DNA from: Podarcis erhardii
Lineage: Eukaryota
Length of the DNA: 64,000 nucleotides
Direction: 5' to 3' (one strand)
Assembly (NCBI GenBank): GCA_964252035.1
Contig: OZ176209.1
How positions within the stretch are numbered: the stretch's first letter is position 1; each line of letters opens with the position of its first letter. Of the stretch, positions 23,222 to 36,234 are shown piece after piece. A model generated the notes under the pieces. It searched no databases. It worked only from the letters and a program-made list of their open reading frames with translations, and was not told where the DNA came from. The position numbers and the translations under genes were made by a program.

Positions 23222-23426
23222 TGTCAAAATCTCTTCTTCCAATAGGTAATTTAGCTGAGTTCTCATCATCTTCAGTCTCTCTCCTTTGTTGTACAGATTG
23301 AATGTTCTGAACTTCAGCATCAGATGGAAAAGTCATAGGTCCCTCCAGTGCAAAATAAGGAAGTTGCTTAATATCTAGGTTCATGGGTTGGCCATGACTT
23401 ATGGCATGGTGTTTAGGATTTATATT
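23222..23426 (-). CDS. PMCH: PMCH exon 2 (NGE/NEI region)
   Basis: acag|AAT...GAC A|gtaagt, 205 bp, phase 0/1. NINPKHHAISHGQPMNLDIKQLPYFALEGPMTFPSDAEVQNIQSVQQRRETEDDENSAKLPIGRRDFD. Confidence 0.98.
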
Positions 23427-24209
23427 CTGTATTTAATAAAAAGGTAATTTAGATGTTAAAGGAAAAAAACATATTAATGGCCAGAATGCAAAGTGTAGTG
23501 ATCTCAGTCGATCTGATGAGCCATATCCAGAACATGAAGTGGATTGCAGCTCCTTAAAGAAAGTCTCTTTGGAGGATGCCATTTTTTTCAAGTGGGTGAG
23601 CAGTTTATATTTTTTAAAAAATAAATGAATAAAGAGAATGAGGTTGAGAAGAAAGCTGGATGCTGGAGTTTTAAATAGCATAAAGCAGATATGTTGCGAC
23701 TGCCCAGTGATACAGAAATTTTGCAAGTTAATATTAAGGAAAATTGAGGTTACAACTCAAGTAAAGATTTAAGCAGATTGTATTGTAATTTTACTAGGTT
23801 CTGTAATAGTAATTGAAGTCAGATAACTTATTCTTTGTTGGTGATGCTAAAGTTCTCATTGCTCAGAACTGAATAAAGGAAGAAGCCTCAGCAATACAGA
23901 ATTGAGAAATTGATGGAAAATGATTAAATTGGCAAAGTTAAATACAGTACTGGGTTACAAGCAGAGAAAAGCCCAGAAGAATACTTCCAGTGAATTATTT
24001 TGATTTTTTAAAAAAATCTATTCAAAGCAATCTAGTTAATAAAATTGGATTAAACTAATAGAGTTGTAACTGATTAAGGATTGATTATATTTATCAGTTT
24101 TTAACTATTCAGGAATTCTTAAGAGTTTGTAAGGTGAATGATTATATTGTTTCATATAATTTATAATAATGTATTAAAAAACCATATTAGCTCAAGAGAT
24201 GAAACTCAC

Positions 24210-24455
24210 AGAGAACTTGGGGGCTCCATCTTCCTCTTCATCCAGAAAACTGTTGTCCTCCATTTTATAATGCTCAAGAGAAGATGCGGGCCGTGCCTTT
24301 TCAGCTTTGCCTCCATTCTGTATTACTTTTCCAAGCGTGAATGTACTGAGCAGCATATCATCTTCTGCTTTTCGCATAGACTTTGAGACAGAAAGAAAGA
24401 AACCTTGAGAAAAGAGAGAAAAAAATAGTATTAATGCATAGGATGAGATACACAT
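24210..24455 (-). CDS. PMCH: PMCH exon 1 coding part (signal peptide + pro-region)
   Basis: ATG at 24455 to TCT|gtgagt, 246 bp. MCISSYALILFFSLFSQGFFLSVSKSMRKAEDDMLL... resembles human MNLSSYILILTFSLFSQGILLSASKSIRNLDDDM. An in-frame upstream ATG lies at 24479. Confidence 0.96.
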
Positions 24456-24553
24456 TCTCTGGTGCTTTAATGTTTGCATGGAAGAGAATCAAGTTCAAAT
24501 ATTATTTGAAAGAGACTACTTTGAAAATAGTGTTGGTCACAGTCAAAACTGTC

Positions 24554-24561
24554 TTTATATA
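24554..24561 (-). promoter_or_regulatory. PMCH TATA box (TATATAAA)
   Basis: About 100 nt upstream of the ATG on the coding strand, implying a TSS near 24530. Confidence 0.7.
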
Positions 24562-25279
24562 GCCTACCGAGTGAATAGCAACCACTTCAGCGGCTTATGT
24601 GTTCTTCAGATGGCCACTAGTTAAGAGGGTGACCTTTTGTATACTATTACATTTCTTTTATTTTACACCATAGGTGATGAATTTATTTAGTAATATAATC
24701 TTGAAATACTTCGGATTATCATATATCAAACATCACTTCTTCCTTTTTCCAAATAGAAGCCATTTTTTAAAAGAACTAATTTGCACATATGTGGAAGAAA
24801 TGTGTGTGTTGCGGGGGGAGAGTACTTTTCCTTGAGAATGGAGAGAGGGGAATCTCAACAAGGGAAGTCTAAAGTAATGAACATTTTTGTTTATGAAAAG
24901 ACAGCTAAACATGGATATGGTCATTAGATATTTTTGTTAGAAGATCAGCAATTGCACATTTGAATTTTTTGAGAATGCTTTATTTTATCAGGCCTAGAAC
25001 TTCACCTCACCACTAGGTACTGATTCTCCCCTACAAATGCTCTCACCCGCCCTCCACTTATGCAAGGTAATGGGTACTTTGCCTATGAGTGCCTAAAGAG
25101 AATTCTGATCACACATGCCTTCATTATGGCCACGGTTTGTGTATTGTAGGACCCGTCCAACCAAAAGGATCTACAGCAACACCATTGGGGAATGCCAAGT
25201 GACTGCCATTTATGAGCCTGACTATCAGTTCAATCACATAATAGGGCAAGGCAAAGGGACAGCTAGGCCCAAAGACTGA

Positions 25280-25447
25280 TGGTAACACTGGTTCAACAGT
25301 AAAGTAGACTTCTTCGGAAGGTGGTAGACTCTTCTTCATTGGAAGTTTTTCAACAGAGGTTGGACGGCCATCTCTCAGGGATTCTTTAGCTATGATTGCT
25401 GTGTTGCAGGGGCTTGAACTAACTCTACAATTCTACGATTCTCTGAC
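25280..25447 (+). mobile_element. CR1 LINE 3' fragment
   Basis: ggtggtagactcttcttcattggaagtttttcaacagaggttggacggccatctc...ctctacaattctacgattct terminus. Confidence 0.75.
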
Positions 25448-25788
25448 TAGGACTTGATTGAAAGGGCTGAAGATGTGGTGGAGGAAGATGAGCACACTAG
25501 AAGCCAGCAGGAGTAGATTAAGAAAATGGAAACTGGCAGAAGGCAGCAGCTATAATGGATTTTTTATGTTATGTTAATACCCCACCTTTCCTTCAAGGAG
25601 CTTAATCAAGTTGGTGTACATGATTCCATTTGCCATTTTTATCCTTGCCACAGCCCTGTGACAAAGAGGTTGAAAGACAGACTGGCCAAGGTTACCCAGT
25701 GAGCTACATGGCCAAGCTGGGTTTTATACCTGGGTCTCCCCAGTCCTGTTTGGACAGGTTTAGTTTTGATGTTTTTTATCACAAGCCA

Positions 25789-26199
25789 GTAGTGATGTAT
25801 GGAAGTGAAAGCTGGACCATAAAGAAGGCTGATCACCGAAGAAGTGATGCTTTTGAATTATGGTGCTTTTGAGAGTCCCATGGACTGCAATAAGATCAAA
25901 CCTATCCATTCTTAAGGAAATCAGCCCTGAGTGCTCACTGGAAGGACAGATCGTGAAGCTGAGGCTCCAATACTTTGGCCACCTCATGAGAAGACTCCCT
26001 GGAAAAGACCCTGATGTTGGGAAAGATGGAGGGCACAAGGAGAAGGGGACGACAGAGGACGAGATGGTTGGATAGTGTTATTGAAGCTACCAGCATGAGT
26101 TTGACCAAACTGTGGGAAGCAGTGGAAGACAGAAGTGCCTGGTGTGCTCTGGTCCAGGGGGTCACGAAGAGTCGGACACAACTAAATGACTAAACAACA
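25789..26199 (+). mobile_element. BovB (RTE clade) LINE 3' fragment
   Basis: Typical BovB end (tatggaagtgaaagctggacc...gctgaggctccaatactttggccacctcatg...ggtcacgaagagtcggacac...(CAA)n) with 11-bp TSD ATCACAAGCCA (25778-25788, 26200-26210). Confidence 0.9.
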
Positions 26200-28648
26200 A
26201 TCACAAGCCAAGTGGCCACTTCCTGATCACCAGAGCTGTGGGTGAGGTTAGCAGCTTAGTTCAACGAAACAACAGGGCTTTCAGTTAGCACATCACCATC
26301 TGCCTCAGCAGCTCCACTTAACAGTATAATTAACTACAGAAGCTCATGGTTGTAGTTCAAGACCTGCTTTAGGCTGACATTTTATTTGGCCTCAGGAAAA
26401 CTACTTATATATATGGCCAAAATAGCTGAATTTAAAACTGTCATTATGCAGGGAAAAGAAAATGGGGAAAAATGTCCTGTAACATGAAAAAAATACCAAG
26501 AAATGGGGCCAAAAATGAGTTTTATAACAACATAGTGCAGGAAAAATTTTCTAAACTAATAGTATTTGCAGATGCAGGGCTGTTCGTAAATGGCTGTGCT
26601 GCCAAGCACAGTGAAAGGTATGTGGTAAGAAGGGGGAGAGGATGAAATATTGTTCTAATACTGTAAAGTTGGAAAGACAGATTTCATTGTATTCAGATTT
26701 CTAATATATATTCCCACAAGGTCAAATAGGTAATAATTGCTGTGTGTGTGTATGTGTGATGGGCTCAGAACTATTATTTACTTGTGAACTTGGATATTTT
26801 TGCAAATAAAAAAGCAGCGCTCAGTCACCAAAATTACTAGAGGCCTTTGGCCACCAACTGGCTTTTGTGGCAGGGTTTCTTAATGGTGGATATTTTCTTC
26901 TCTTATTGCATTCTTAAAGGTTTTAAGTTGTTTTAAGTCAGTATTGTTTTTTAATATGGTAACTTGTTTCATTGTTTTTAATATTTATAACTAACTGGTA
27001 CTTTAAAAAAGCTGTATCTGTTTTCAAGGTATGTTGTGAATCACCTTGGGTTCTACACTGGGAAGAAGGTGATATATAAAACAAATAAGGTTTAAAAAAA
27101 TCAGCACCAGCCAGTAAACATGTTTCTAATGATGATATCTACAGAACTGAGTCTTTGAACCTGGATCTGCCACAGTCACCAAAATGGGTGGAGACTCTCT
27201 ACCCCAGAGCAATGCTGCACTGAGAGCATTACAAAAAAATTAAATGGTGGGTGGCAGCATGGCACAGACTGCAGCACTGCCATCAGCAGGTAAGGTCCCC
27301 AGAGAAGGAGAGTGCCCACCTGGAGGGCATTTTGTCTGGGCTCATTTCAAAATGGGAGCTGGTTTTGCTTAGCAGACTTCCTTAATGTAAAAGTGATTGA
27401 AACAAGCTGAAATCTGATGTCCTGCTTACCATGTGCTTCATTTTTCTACCACATGATGACTTGGTTTCCTATACTCATGCAAATATGCATTCATTTCCCC
27501 TTGTGACATATTTGAAAGTGTGGGAAACAATAGGGACTTTACCAAGTGGTAAGATTTTCTGCCATTTTTCTTGTGTTTGGATGCTTGTCTGGATATGTGG
27601 TTAGAGATGTTGAGTGGGAAAGCTACTGTTTGCTCCTTATCATAGTTTTCAGATTGCATAATACAGTACCAAATATGTTTATCTTTGAAAGATTTCACCA
27701 CTTGCAATTTTTGCGGTATTTTTGTTTTGCTTAAATATACATGTGTGTGTGTGTTGAGATTTTTTTGTTTTAATTGAGAAACTACTAGGTTTGCTCCACA
27801 ATGAAGAGTGGGTTAAAATATTTCTTTTTTAAAAAAAGGGTTCCCTCATTTTTTGTTGACAGAACATCAAGGCTGTTAACAAATATTATAGAAACAATTT
27901 CAATACAGCATAAAAAGATCGCTCAAACTGTAGCAGAAGCAATAAATTAGCAAAGAGATATTAATATATTGTAGAAAGCCCTAATAAAACTTGTATTTAT
28001 ATAGTATTGTATTGTATTTTCCAGTATATGCTGGCTGAAAGCAGAAAGAAGGGGAATCTGGCAAGTCTTCTGGAGCAGAAAAGTCCAAAGCTTGGGTGAT
28101 ACCACCACTAAGAAGGACCTGTTCTTTGCACAACCAATCTCATCTTAGATAGCAGTTGAAAAGAGGGCAAGTCTTCCCCTGAGGACTAATGCATTTATAT
28201 AGGTAAATGCATATACAGTAAGACGAGGCTGGCATTTAGCTATCTACATCCCATCCTATTTAGGAATACAATGGTGATAGCCAGCACTTTGAAGTGGGCC
28301 TGGAAATAATTTGCAAACTAATGAAGTTTGTATAATATTGTTATATGAGCAAACAAGTAAGTTCCTACCAGCAGCCTGGATGTTGTATTTTTGTACCAAC
28401 TTTCCTGAACCCTTTTCAAAGCTATTATGCATCAAGAATCTTTTTGATTGTGGGAATGTTGTGGGTAACGGGAGAGGATATATTGATTAATATTATGCTT
28501 CCTAACTTGCACTAGTAAGTTTTGTTATACAGCAGAGTACATCCCCCCTTTTACACAGCAGGAAGCTGGTTGCAGACTTGTATGAATCTCTTAAGATAAT
28601 AAGCAATTCAGTCTGGCTTGCTCAGATTGAGATATGTTCTATTATTTC

Positions 28649-29092
28649 TGGTAAGACCCCTTTGATCCCTCCTAAGACAATAAAGACACAATAGTCTTAT
28701 TCATGAGTAGCAAAAAGAAGTTTTATGAACAGCAGAGCACAGCGTGATTCCTGAAGGCAGGCTTTAGGCTTAAAGTTACAAATATGTACAAACAGGTTTA
28801 CCCCATATGTGAGATAACCTAGGGACTGCTGGCTGACAGTCAGCAGTGCAGTTCAGTTGAATCAGGAAGCAGGCAGGAAAAAAAAAAAGAGGAGGGGGTG
28901 GCAGCTATGTGACTTGGCCTTTTACTAGGTCTGGAAAGGTCACACCCACCTACTAATCACATGCGAAAGGAAGGATGCTCCAGCCAGGTGTAACAGGAAG
29001 TTCAACTGGCTGGACCAACATTCCCCATGCATGTTCACTCTAGGCAAACAGGAAATGATGTACTTGACTGCTCCAGAGGATTACATCCCACA
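28649..29092 (-). mobile_element. Probable solo LTR (~444 bp)
   Basis: TG...CA termini, near-TSD tttc/ttta, and minus-strand degenerate TATA (AGTAAAAG) then polyA-like (CATAAA) elements in LTR order. Confidence 0.55.
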
Positions 29093-30403
29093 TTTATATA
29101 AAATTCTATTCGTACATATATAAAAACTTTATGGGATTAAATGAAAACATTTATGAATCTATAATATGGACCTTTATCCAAAACTGGAGGCCTGTTCTCT
29201 CTCAAGTATGACAAATATCTTGAAGATATTTTTATTCCGCATGGAGCATCTCTTGTTAGCAGTAATACCTGAATATAATATTTGCAGAATAACTGTGTTT
29301 GGCAGAATGTAACAGATTTGTCAGATTTCAAATGTTTTGACTTTGAATGTCAGACAGAAAGATGAAATTAAATATTAGAATTCAACAACAAAACAAATTA
29401 AAGAAATGCTAGCCTGCTAAGGCAATGAGTCATATTAAGTCACGCTAGAAACCTATTCATGTAGTCCGTCTGAAGATAGTTTCCAGATTGTTAATGACAC
29501 AGAATTATGTCACTGTAAAAATGGTTGCCTCCAGTGGCATATTTGAATATACCAACTGCAATTAGAATGTATTATTTTTCAAATAAGGTTTGAGGTTTAT
29601 TCAAGGTGAGCAGTGATCTTTCAAATTATGAACTAAATACACACAGACACACACAGCTAACCCAAATGGGTGGAGTTTTCTTTTACGATCCATAAATTAC
29701 TGTCATGATCTCTCTTGCCATTCAAAGACAGTCTTCAAAACCCTGCCTGCACTTTCTAAACTGATTATAGCTGGGGTGTGTGTATATATGTATCTATATA
29801 TGTTATATAAACTATAGATATATACACAAACTATAGCATCTATCTATCTATCATCATCTATCATCTATTCTAATTGCTGCCATCAGAAGAAAATCTATAT
29901 GCAGGATACAGAGTTTTGTATCTACCCTGCAGGATACAGAGGTGAGTTGTGATTTTAAAACTTTTAAGCAGGTTTTCTACCTATATTTTTCCTAATGCTT
30001 TCTGGAAGTGTTTCCCCTTTGGCTGCTTAGATTAGAAGAAATATTTTTGGTTTAATATTGACAGTAATTACTTAAAGTTTAGACTGGGTACTTTATTGTT
30101 TCTCTCCATCTCCCCAGACTTTTACTACTTTGAGCCAAAAGTACTTTTAATAATTGCCAGTATTTCATAACAGACTTGTCTAGGCACTTGAGTGAATAGT
30201 TTATAATGAAAGCACACAAACTTCATCTTTCAAGAAATCAAGAATTATATATACGCATTACATAGCTAATGAATAGGTCTACAGATGTACAGTCTAACAT
30301 GAACATTGCGTGAATTCTATGTGATCCACAAAATTCAGAGAAGTGAACATTTTGAAGGATAGCTAAGTTTTGGTTTGCACACTGTTTTGGAAAGTGCTTG
30401 TTA

Positions 30404-30763
30404 AAGATAAAGGGACCCCTGACCATTAGGTCCAGTCATGACCGACTCTGGGGTTGCGGCGCTCATCTTGCTTTATTGGCCGAGGGAGCCGGTGTTTGTC
30501 CGCAGATAGCTTCTGGGTCGTGTGGCCAGCATGACCAAGCTGCTTCTGGCGAACCAGAACAGCGCACAGAAATGCCGTTTACCTTCCCGCCGGAGCGGTA
30601 CCTATTTATCTACTTGCACTTTGATGTGCTTTTGAACTGCTAGGTTGGCAGGAGCAGGGACTGAGCAACGGGAGCTCACCCCGTCACGGGGATTCGAACT
30701 GCCGACCTTCTGATCGGCAAGTCCTAGGCTCTGTGGTTTAACCCACAGCGCCACCTGCATCCC
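30404..30763 (-). mobile_element. Full-length Sauria-type SINE
   Basis: tRNA-like head with A/B boxes (GGTGGCGCTGTGG, AGTTCGAATCCC), Sauria body and ACCTTT-type tail. 14-bp TSD GAAAGTGCTTGTTA (30390-30403, 30766-30779). Confidence 0.93.
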
Positions 30764-32020
30764 AAGAAAGTGCTTGTTAGGTTTGCATTAAAATCCTAAC
30801 AACCAAATCCCTGCCCCCAAAACTCCTAGTTAAGCCTACCCAAAACATGGTAGTTACATTTTCGTGTGTGTGTTGCTACTCATATTAAGAACCCTGCTGA
30901 TTCATATTAAACATCCAGGATCCTGCTTCCCACAGTGCCTAGCTAGATGAAACCAAGGTATGAGGGCAGTAACCTTCCCTTTCTGTGACATTCTGCCTCT
31001 GAATATGGAAGCTAATATAACTTAGACTGCAATATTCCTGTGTGTCCTGTGGTTTCTAGGCACGGGTCTGAAGTTTTTGGGGTTTTTTGCCCTGCTGCCT
31101 TCTCTGGGAAAACCTGCTATGTATCACTGAATCAGAACAAACATCAATCTGCAGAAAACCTGACGTTTGTTTCGATTCAGTGGTAAACAGCTGGTTATCC
31201 CAGACAAAGCAGTGGGACGAAAGAAAAACCTCTCAGACTCATGCCTAGAGATCACAGGACAACCGGAACTGTGGAAGAGCCCTCAATAAACCAGGTTTGC
31301 AGTACACTATACTTATTTTTCCACTCTAGAACTATGGTTCATTAAGTTGATTAAAAAGGCCTAAATGATTTAACTTTAATTAGGTCAGGAGCCTCTCACA
31401 TAACTGAAAGGGCTATATTTTTTTGCTGTGACTATGTTTTGCTTGTTTGTATGTTTGACCTGATAGTTTTGAAAGTGAGAGACAACTGATGATGACGACA
31501 AGGAAGGTGTCAAAGCAATGCTATAAATGAGATCTTGAGGATTATTTACAGTTTAAGACGTCTGATTTCTGCAGCAAGGTATCTAAATGTCAGCCTACCT
31601 CCCCCTTTTAAATGCTTTCATTTCTATAGAAAAAAATGGTTTTCCAACCTATATATGTTAGAATATCTGCAGAAATCCTCTGCATAATGTTTGCATACAT
31701 TGAGGTGACTTTAAACTCTGAACTTAATGGTCATACAGCCCCATCCCCTTAGTTATGCATTACTTCATTTACCTAAAAATTTAGCAAGCCAGCCCTGCTG
31801 CATTTGTGGGTCCATGTTTGGTGCATCCATGGGGTGGAGCTCAGTAACTTTTGGCCGATCCAAGGGCAGAGCCTAGTTCAAAATCAGACCATTCCCTTAG
31901 CCTTCATTCAATCTTGGGGGCGGGGGGTGGGTTGGTGGGAATCACAGTAATAATTTTGGGGGTGCATTTCATACCCCAATGAGATTTTCAGTGTATTTGG
32001 GGTGTGTGTTAGAATGTATA

Positions 32021-32538
32021 AAAAGGTAACAGTAAAGGACTCCTGACAATTAAGTCCAGTTGCAGACGACTCTGGGGTTGCACCGCTCATCTCGCTTTAC
32101 AGGCCAAGGGCACCGGCATTTGTCTGCAGACAGTTTTTCCTGGGTCATGTGACCAGCATCACTAAGCTGCTTCTGGTGCAATGGAACACTGAAATCAGAG
32201 CAGTGCATGGAAACGCCATTTACCTTCCCGCCAGAGTGGTACCTATTTATCTACTTGCACTTTTTTTGGCATGCTTTCGAACTGCTAGGTTGGCGGGAGC
32301 TGGGACCAAGCAATGGGAGCTCACCTTGTCGGGGGATTCGAACTACTGACCTTCTGATTGGCAAGCCTAAGAGGCTCAGTCCCTCATTTCCCTCGACCAG
32401 GTGATGGGTTGGCGTGGTTGGCGTCGCCGCGCCCCAGTGCTGGCCCCTTGGCCGGGACCCCGCAGGCAGGCAGGCAGGCGAGCGAGAGCGGAGCTGCCCC
32501 AGCTCCCCACACGGGGACAGGCCAAGGAGGCCCGCAAC
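32021..32538 (-). mobile_element. Chimeric retro-insertion: CpG-rich leader (32538-32381) + 5'-truncated Sauria SINE (32380-32021)
   Basis: Both parts lie inside one 12-bp TSD TTAGAATGTATA (32009-32020, 32539-32550). Confidence 0.85.
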
Positions 32539-34250
32539 TTAGAATGTATACCCCATGTAAAATTTGTTTCTGTGACATCAAATTAAGTGTGCTTGACAGT
32601 AACTGAACACTCAGAGCCAGGAAACACTTATTCAGAGAAGGTAAAATCTGTGTAGTTATTGTTCCCCTAAGCCAGTTGCATACTGAGTAAACAACACAAT
32701 TTCTGAATCTTTAATAAGCTATGGTTTTTATTTTTAATTACAAACAACCAAAACTATTTTTTAAAGTAAAAATATTATGAAAGTATTGTAAACTGTCAAT
32801 AAAAATCTGTTTCTACTGAAAGCTAACAAACTTTTTGGGGGATGTATTTCTAATTTCATTAAGAAACTCACAATAAAACAGTCCTTGGTTAGACAGCAGC
32901 CCCCCAAACAACATTATATGGTTTGTACCAACCTACTGATACACTCTTGACCTTTCCCTGGCCACTTGTTTATTGAAAACTAGGGGCTGCTTTACTATCC
33001 CATTCCGTAAACATTGGCTGGGTTAATAAACACCCAAATGGCAAAATTCATTGCATTTCTGGGTCATTTTATGCTAGAGGTGTTTTTTTGTTTTGTTTTG
33101 TTTCCAGAAACTGGTAGGTGGTAACTGGCTGAAATTTAGGGAATGTTGTATGGGTGACAGTTTGTGACAATGTCCTGTAAAGACTACCCTGTAGGTCTAG
33201 GTATGTGTAAATTGCACAATGAAAAGTGCTCTAGGGGTAAGTTTCTAGAACCCCATAACTGGATGAAAGTTTTAAAAAAGCTAACAGGAAAATGTTATTC
33301 TCCTTACTTTTCTGGCAACTTGCAAAATCTATTCCCTACCCCTTGAGGTTTTTTAGATTGTTTGGCAGCCATTACATTTCTGATACTTACAAAAAGAAAC
33401 TTCTAAGTAGCACCTGGATATGCCATGAAAGCAAAAGTTTGTTTATTCGGCTTATCAAAAGCAAGTTAAAAGTCCATGATGTTTAATGTTCACCTTAATA
33501 AGGTTCATTATCTTATCCACAGTCTTATTTCTTCCCTCTTCTGATTAAAGGAAGAGGATGAATTTTATAAGATATTTTAGTAAAATATTCTTTTCCCTCT
33601 AGAAGTATAGTAATTAGGTTGGGGGTTAAAGAGAGGTAGTCTGGTAATGTTAATCTGGCTGCTTGTCAAGACTTGTGCATCAGCCAGAAAAAGACCTGGC
33701 AGGAATATTTCATTTTTGTACCAAAAACTCTAAGACTACAGTTGATTTTTTGCAGATGATTTGAAACTGTGTTGTCCATTGAAAACAGCAAAGGGCAGCT
33801 GGGAGTAGGTGAATAGTCCAGCTTTCAAACACAATTTATTTGAAAAACCCACATTGCAACAATACTGAGAGAGATTATGTGCACTGAAGACAGAGTTGTC
33901 TTTAACATCATAAAATCCAGGACAGTTTTGAGGTGCTACGTATACAATTAGCTAGTACCATAAGGGTTAGATTTTGATTTACCAATAGAGAATTGTTTCT
34001 TCCATGTCTTAATCACCTTCTACCTGTATCATCACACTCAAGACAGTGTGACTGGCCTGCCTCGCAGAGCTGACTATGCAGATCTTTGGATGGTAACTAG
34101 TTCCTAAGACTGTTGCGCCTTCCAGCATTTTTCAGCAGTTTCGTGCATGCCAGTGATACTACTGAGTTCAAATAGTGTTGTTGCAATTTTGCAGCACTTG
34201 GATTCAGTAAGATACACTCTGTTTTCAGGCAGTAAGCTGTTGCTACACAG

Positions 34251-34665
34251 AACCATAGAATTCAAAGGTTGGAAAGGACCCTGCTAGTCCAACCCCCTGC
34301 AACACAAGAATCTCAACTAAAGCATCCATGACAGATGACCATCCAACCTCTGCTTAAAAGCCTCCATTGCCTTCCAAGGGAATCTGTTCCACTGTTGAAC
34401 AGCTCTTACCCATCAGAAAGTTCTTCTAATGCCTAGTAGGAATCTCCTTTCTTGTAACTTAAAGACATTGGTTCAGGTCCATCACCTCTGGAGCAAGAGA
34501 AAACAAGCTTGCTCCATGTGACAGCCTTTTGAAGATGGCTTTCATAACTCCTCTCAGTCTCCTCTTTCCCTGTCTAAACATACCCAGCTCTCTCATAAGG
34601 CGTGGTTTCCAGACCTGGGTCATCTTGATCGCCCTCCTTTGCGCATGCTCCAGCTTGCCAACAAT
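34251..34665 (-). mobile_element. CR1 LINE 3' fragment
   Basis: Degenerate RT C-terminus LEHAQRRAIKM...ELGMF...KRRLRG followed by the CR1 3'UTR. Confidence 0.8.
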
Positions 34666-36013
34666 CAAGCTAGATGTAAAAGACCTCAGTCCATTTTATT
34701 TTGCACTGTATTTTCCTGGCCATTTTTAAACAGACAAAACAAAGTTAAAGGCTAACGCATGCCAGATGATTTCTGCTATTTTCACAACTCAGGGCCACAT
34801 TTGCTACTGATCCAGGGTTCAAAAGCCTGTAATATTGACTTGCATCGTGTTTTGATTCTATAAGAGATGGTAGCTTCACTCAGTGACTTTCTACCAGGTG
34901 AACAAAGACGGAGGTTGAGGCCTCTTTACTTGTACTTTGTTGCTCCTCACACAGTGACGCGGAGCGGGTGGCTGAAGAGACTGTTGCTTCTGTCTGGCTG
35001 AGACATTGTGTATAAAGCAGAGAGGTGATTGAGATCAGGTGCTATGATGGGTGGCCCAGAGAGAAAAATATAACAGCTGCACTGGCTGCCTAGTAGCTAG
35101 TGAGCCATGTTTGAGTTTTGTTGGGACCCTACCATAAATAAATACCAGGTTAATCTTGAAGATATTCCATATAGATCCTGCTGGTCACATCCAGTGTGGA
35201 TTATCTTTTGGTGACAAGGGAGAAGTGGACCTTCCAGGCAATAGCATTCACCATCTGGAATTCCCTTCCCCAGGTACCGTAATCTGTGAGGCAGAGATGG
35301 TAAAGACCTTTAAATGCCTCTTAAAAGCATACGTGTTAAACCAAGCTCTTCCTTTTCCCCCTTTTGTGTTTTGTACGCTGCCCTGTTCCATCTTACACAA
35401 TTTTATTTAAGTGGTACAGACATTTTATGAACAAATAACAAAGTATTAGGGCAGGCTATGAAAAATAAAAAAGACTGAAGGCAGCCAAGAGACCTTTCTT
35501 GCACAACAACTGCACATGGGATCAACAAAGTAGGTTCGGCTACAACATATTTTCATGTGGAGTGCTTCTGTTCAGGTTTCTAGCCTTTCCATTCCATGTT
35601 CCCTGATTATCCACTTCCCTCCCCAAAAGTCAACCTGAACATGCTTAAAAGGGTTTAACCCACAGACCAGTCTGGGTCGGATTGGGGTTACAATTTGACC
35701 CTTAAGGCCACTTTTTGAAAACATGCCCACCTGTCAAATCAGCTGACATCATCCTGATGGATGTGATGTCATCTGTAGGGTGGGGTTTTGTTCTACTTCC
35801 CAGGGACTTGTGGGAATTACAGCTCTGTGAGGGGAACAAGGGCCTCCTAACAACTCTCTTTAACAAACCACACTTCCCAGCATGCTTTGAGGAAGCCACA
35901 AAGTAATACTGTTTTTACATGTACAGTACAGATGGGGCCCAAACTGTTGGTGGGAACATGATGGTAAAATGGCTCCAATCATCTTCATGTTTTGTGAATA
36001 CAAATGATAACTA

Positions 36014-36234
36014 CAGTGGTACCTCGGGTTACATACGCTTCAGGTTACAGACTCCACTAACCCAGAAATAGTGCTTCATGTTAAGAACTTTGCTTCAGGA
36101 TGAGAACAGAAACGCGTGCTTTGGTGGCGCGGCAGCAGCGGGAGACCCCATTAGCTAAAGCTCAGGTTAAGAACAGTTTCAGGTTAAGAACGGACCTCTG
36201 GAACGAATTAAGTACTTAACCCGAGGTAACACTG
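36014..36234. mobile_element. pogo/Tc1-type MITE (family A)
   Basis: TA|CAGTGGTACCTCGGGTTA...TAACCCGAGGTAACACTG|TA. Confidence 0.9.
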
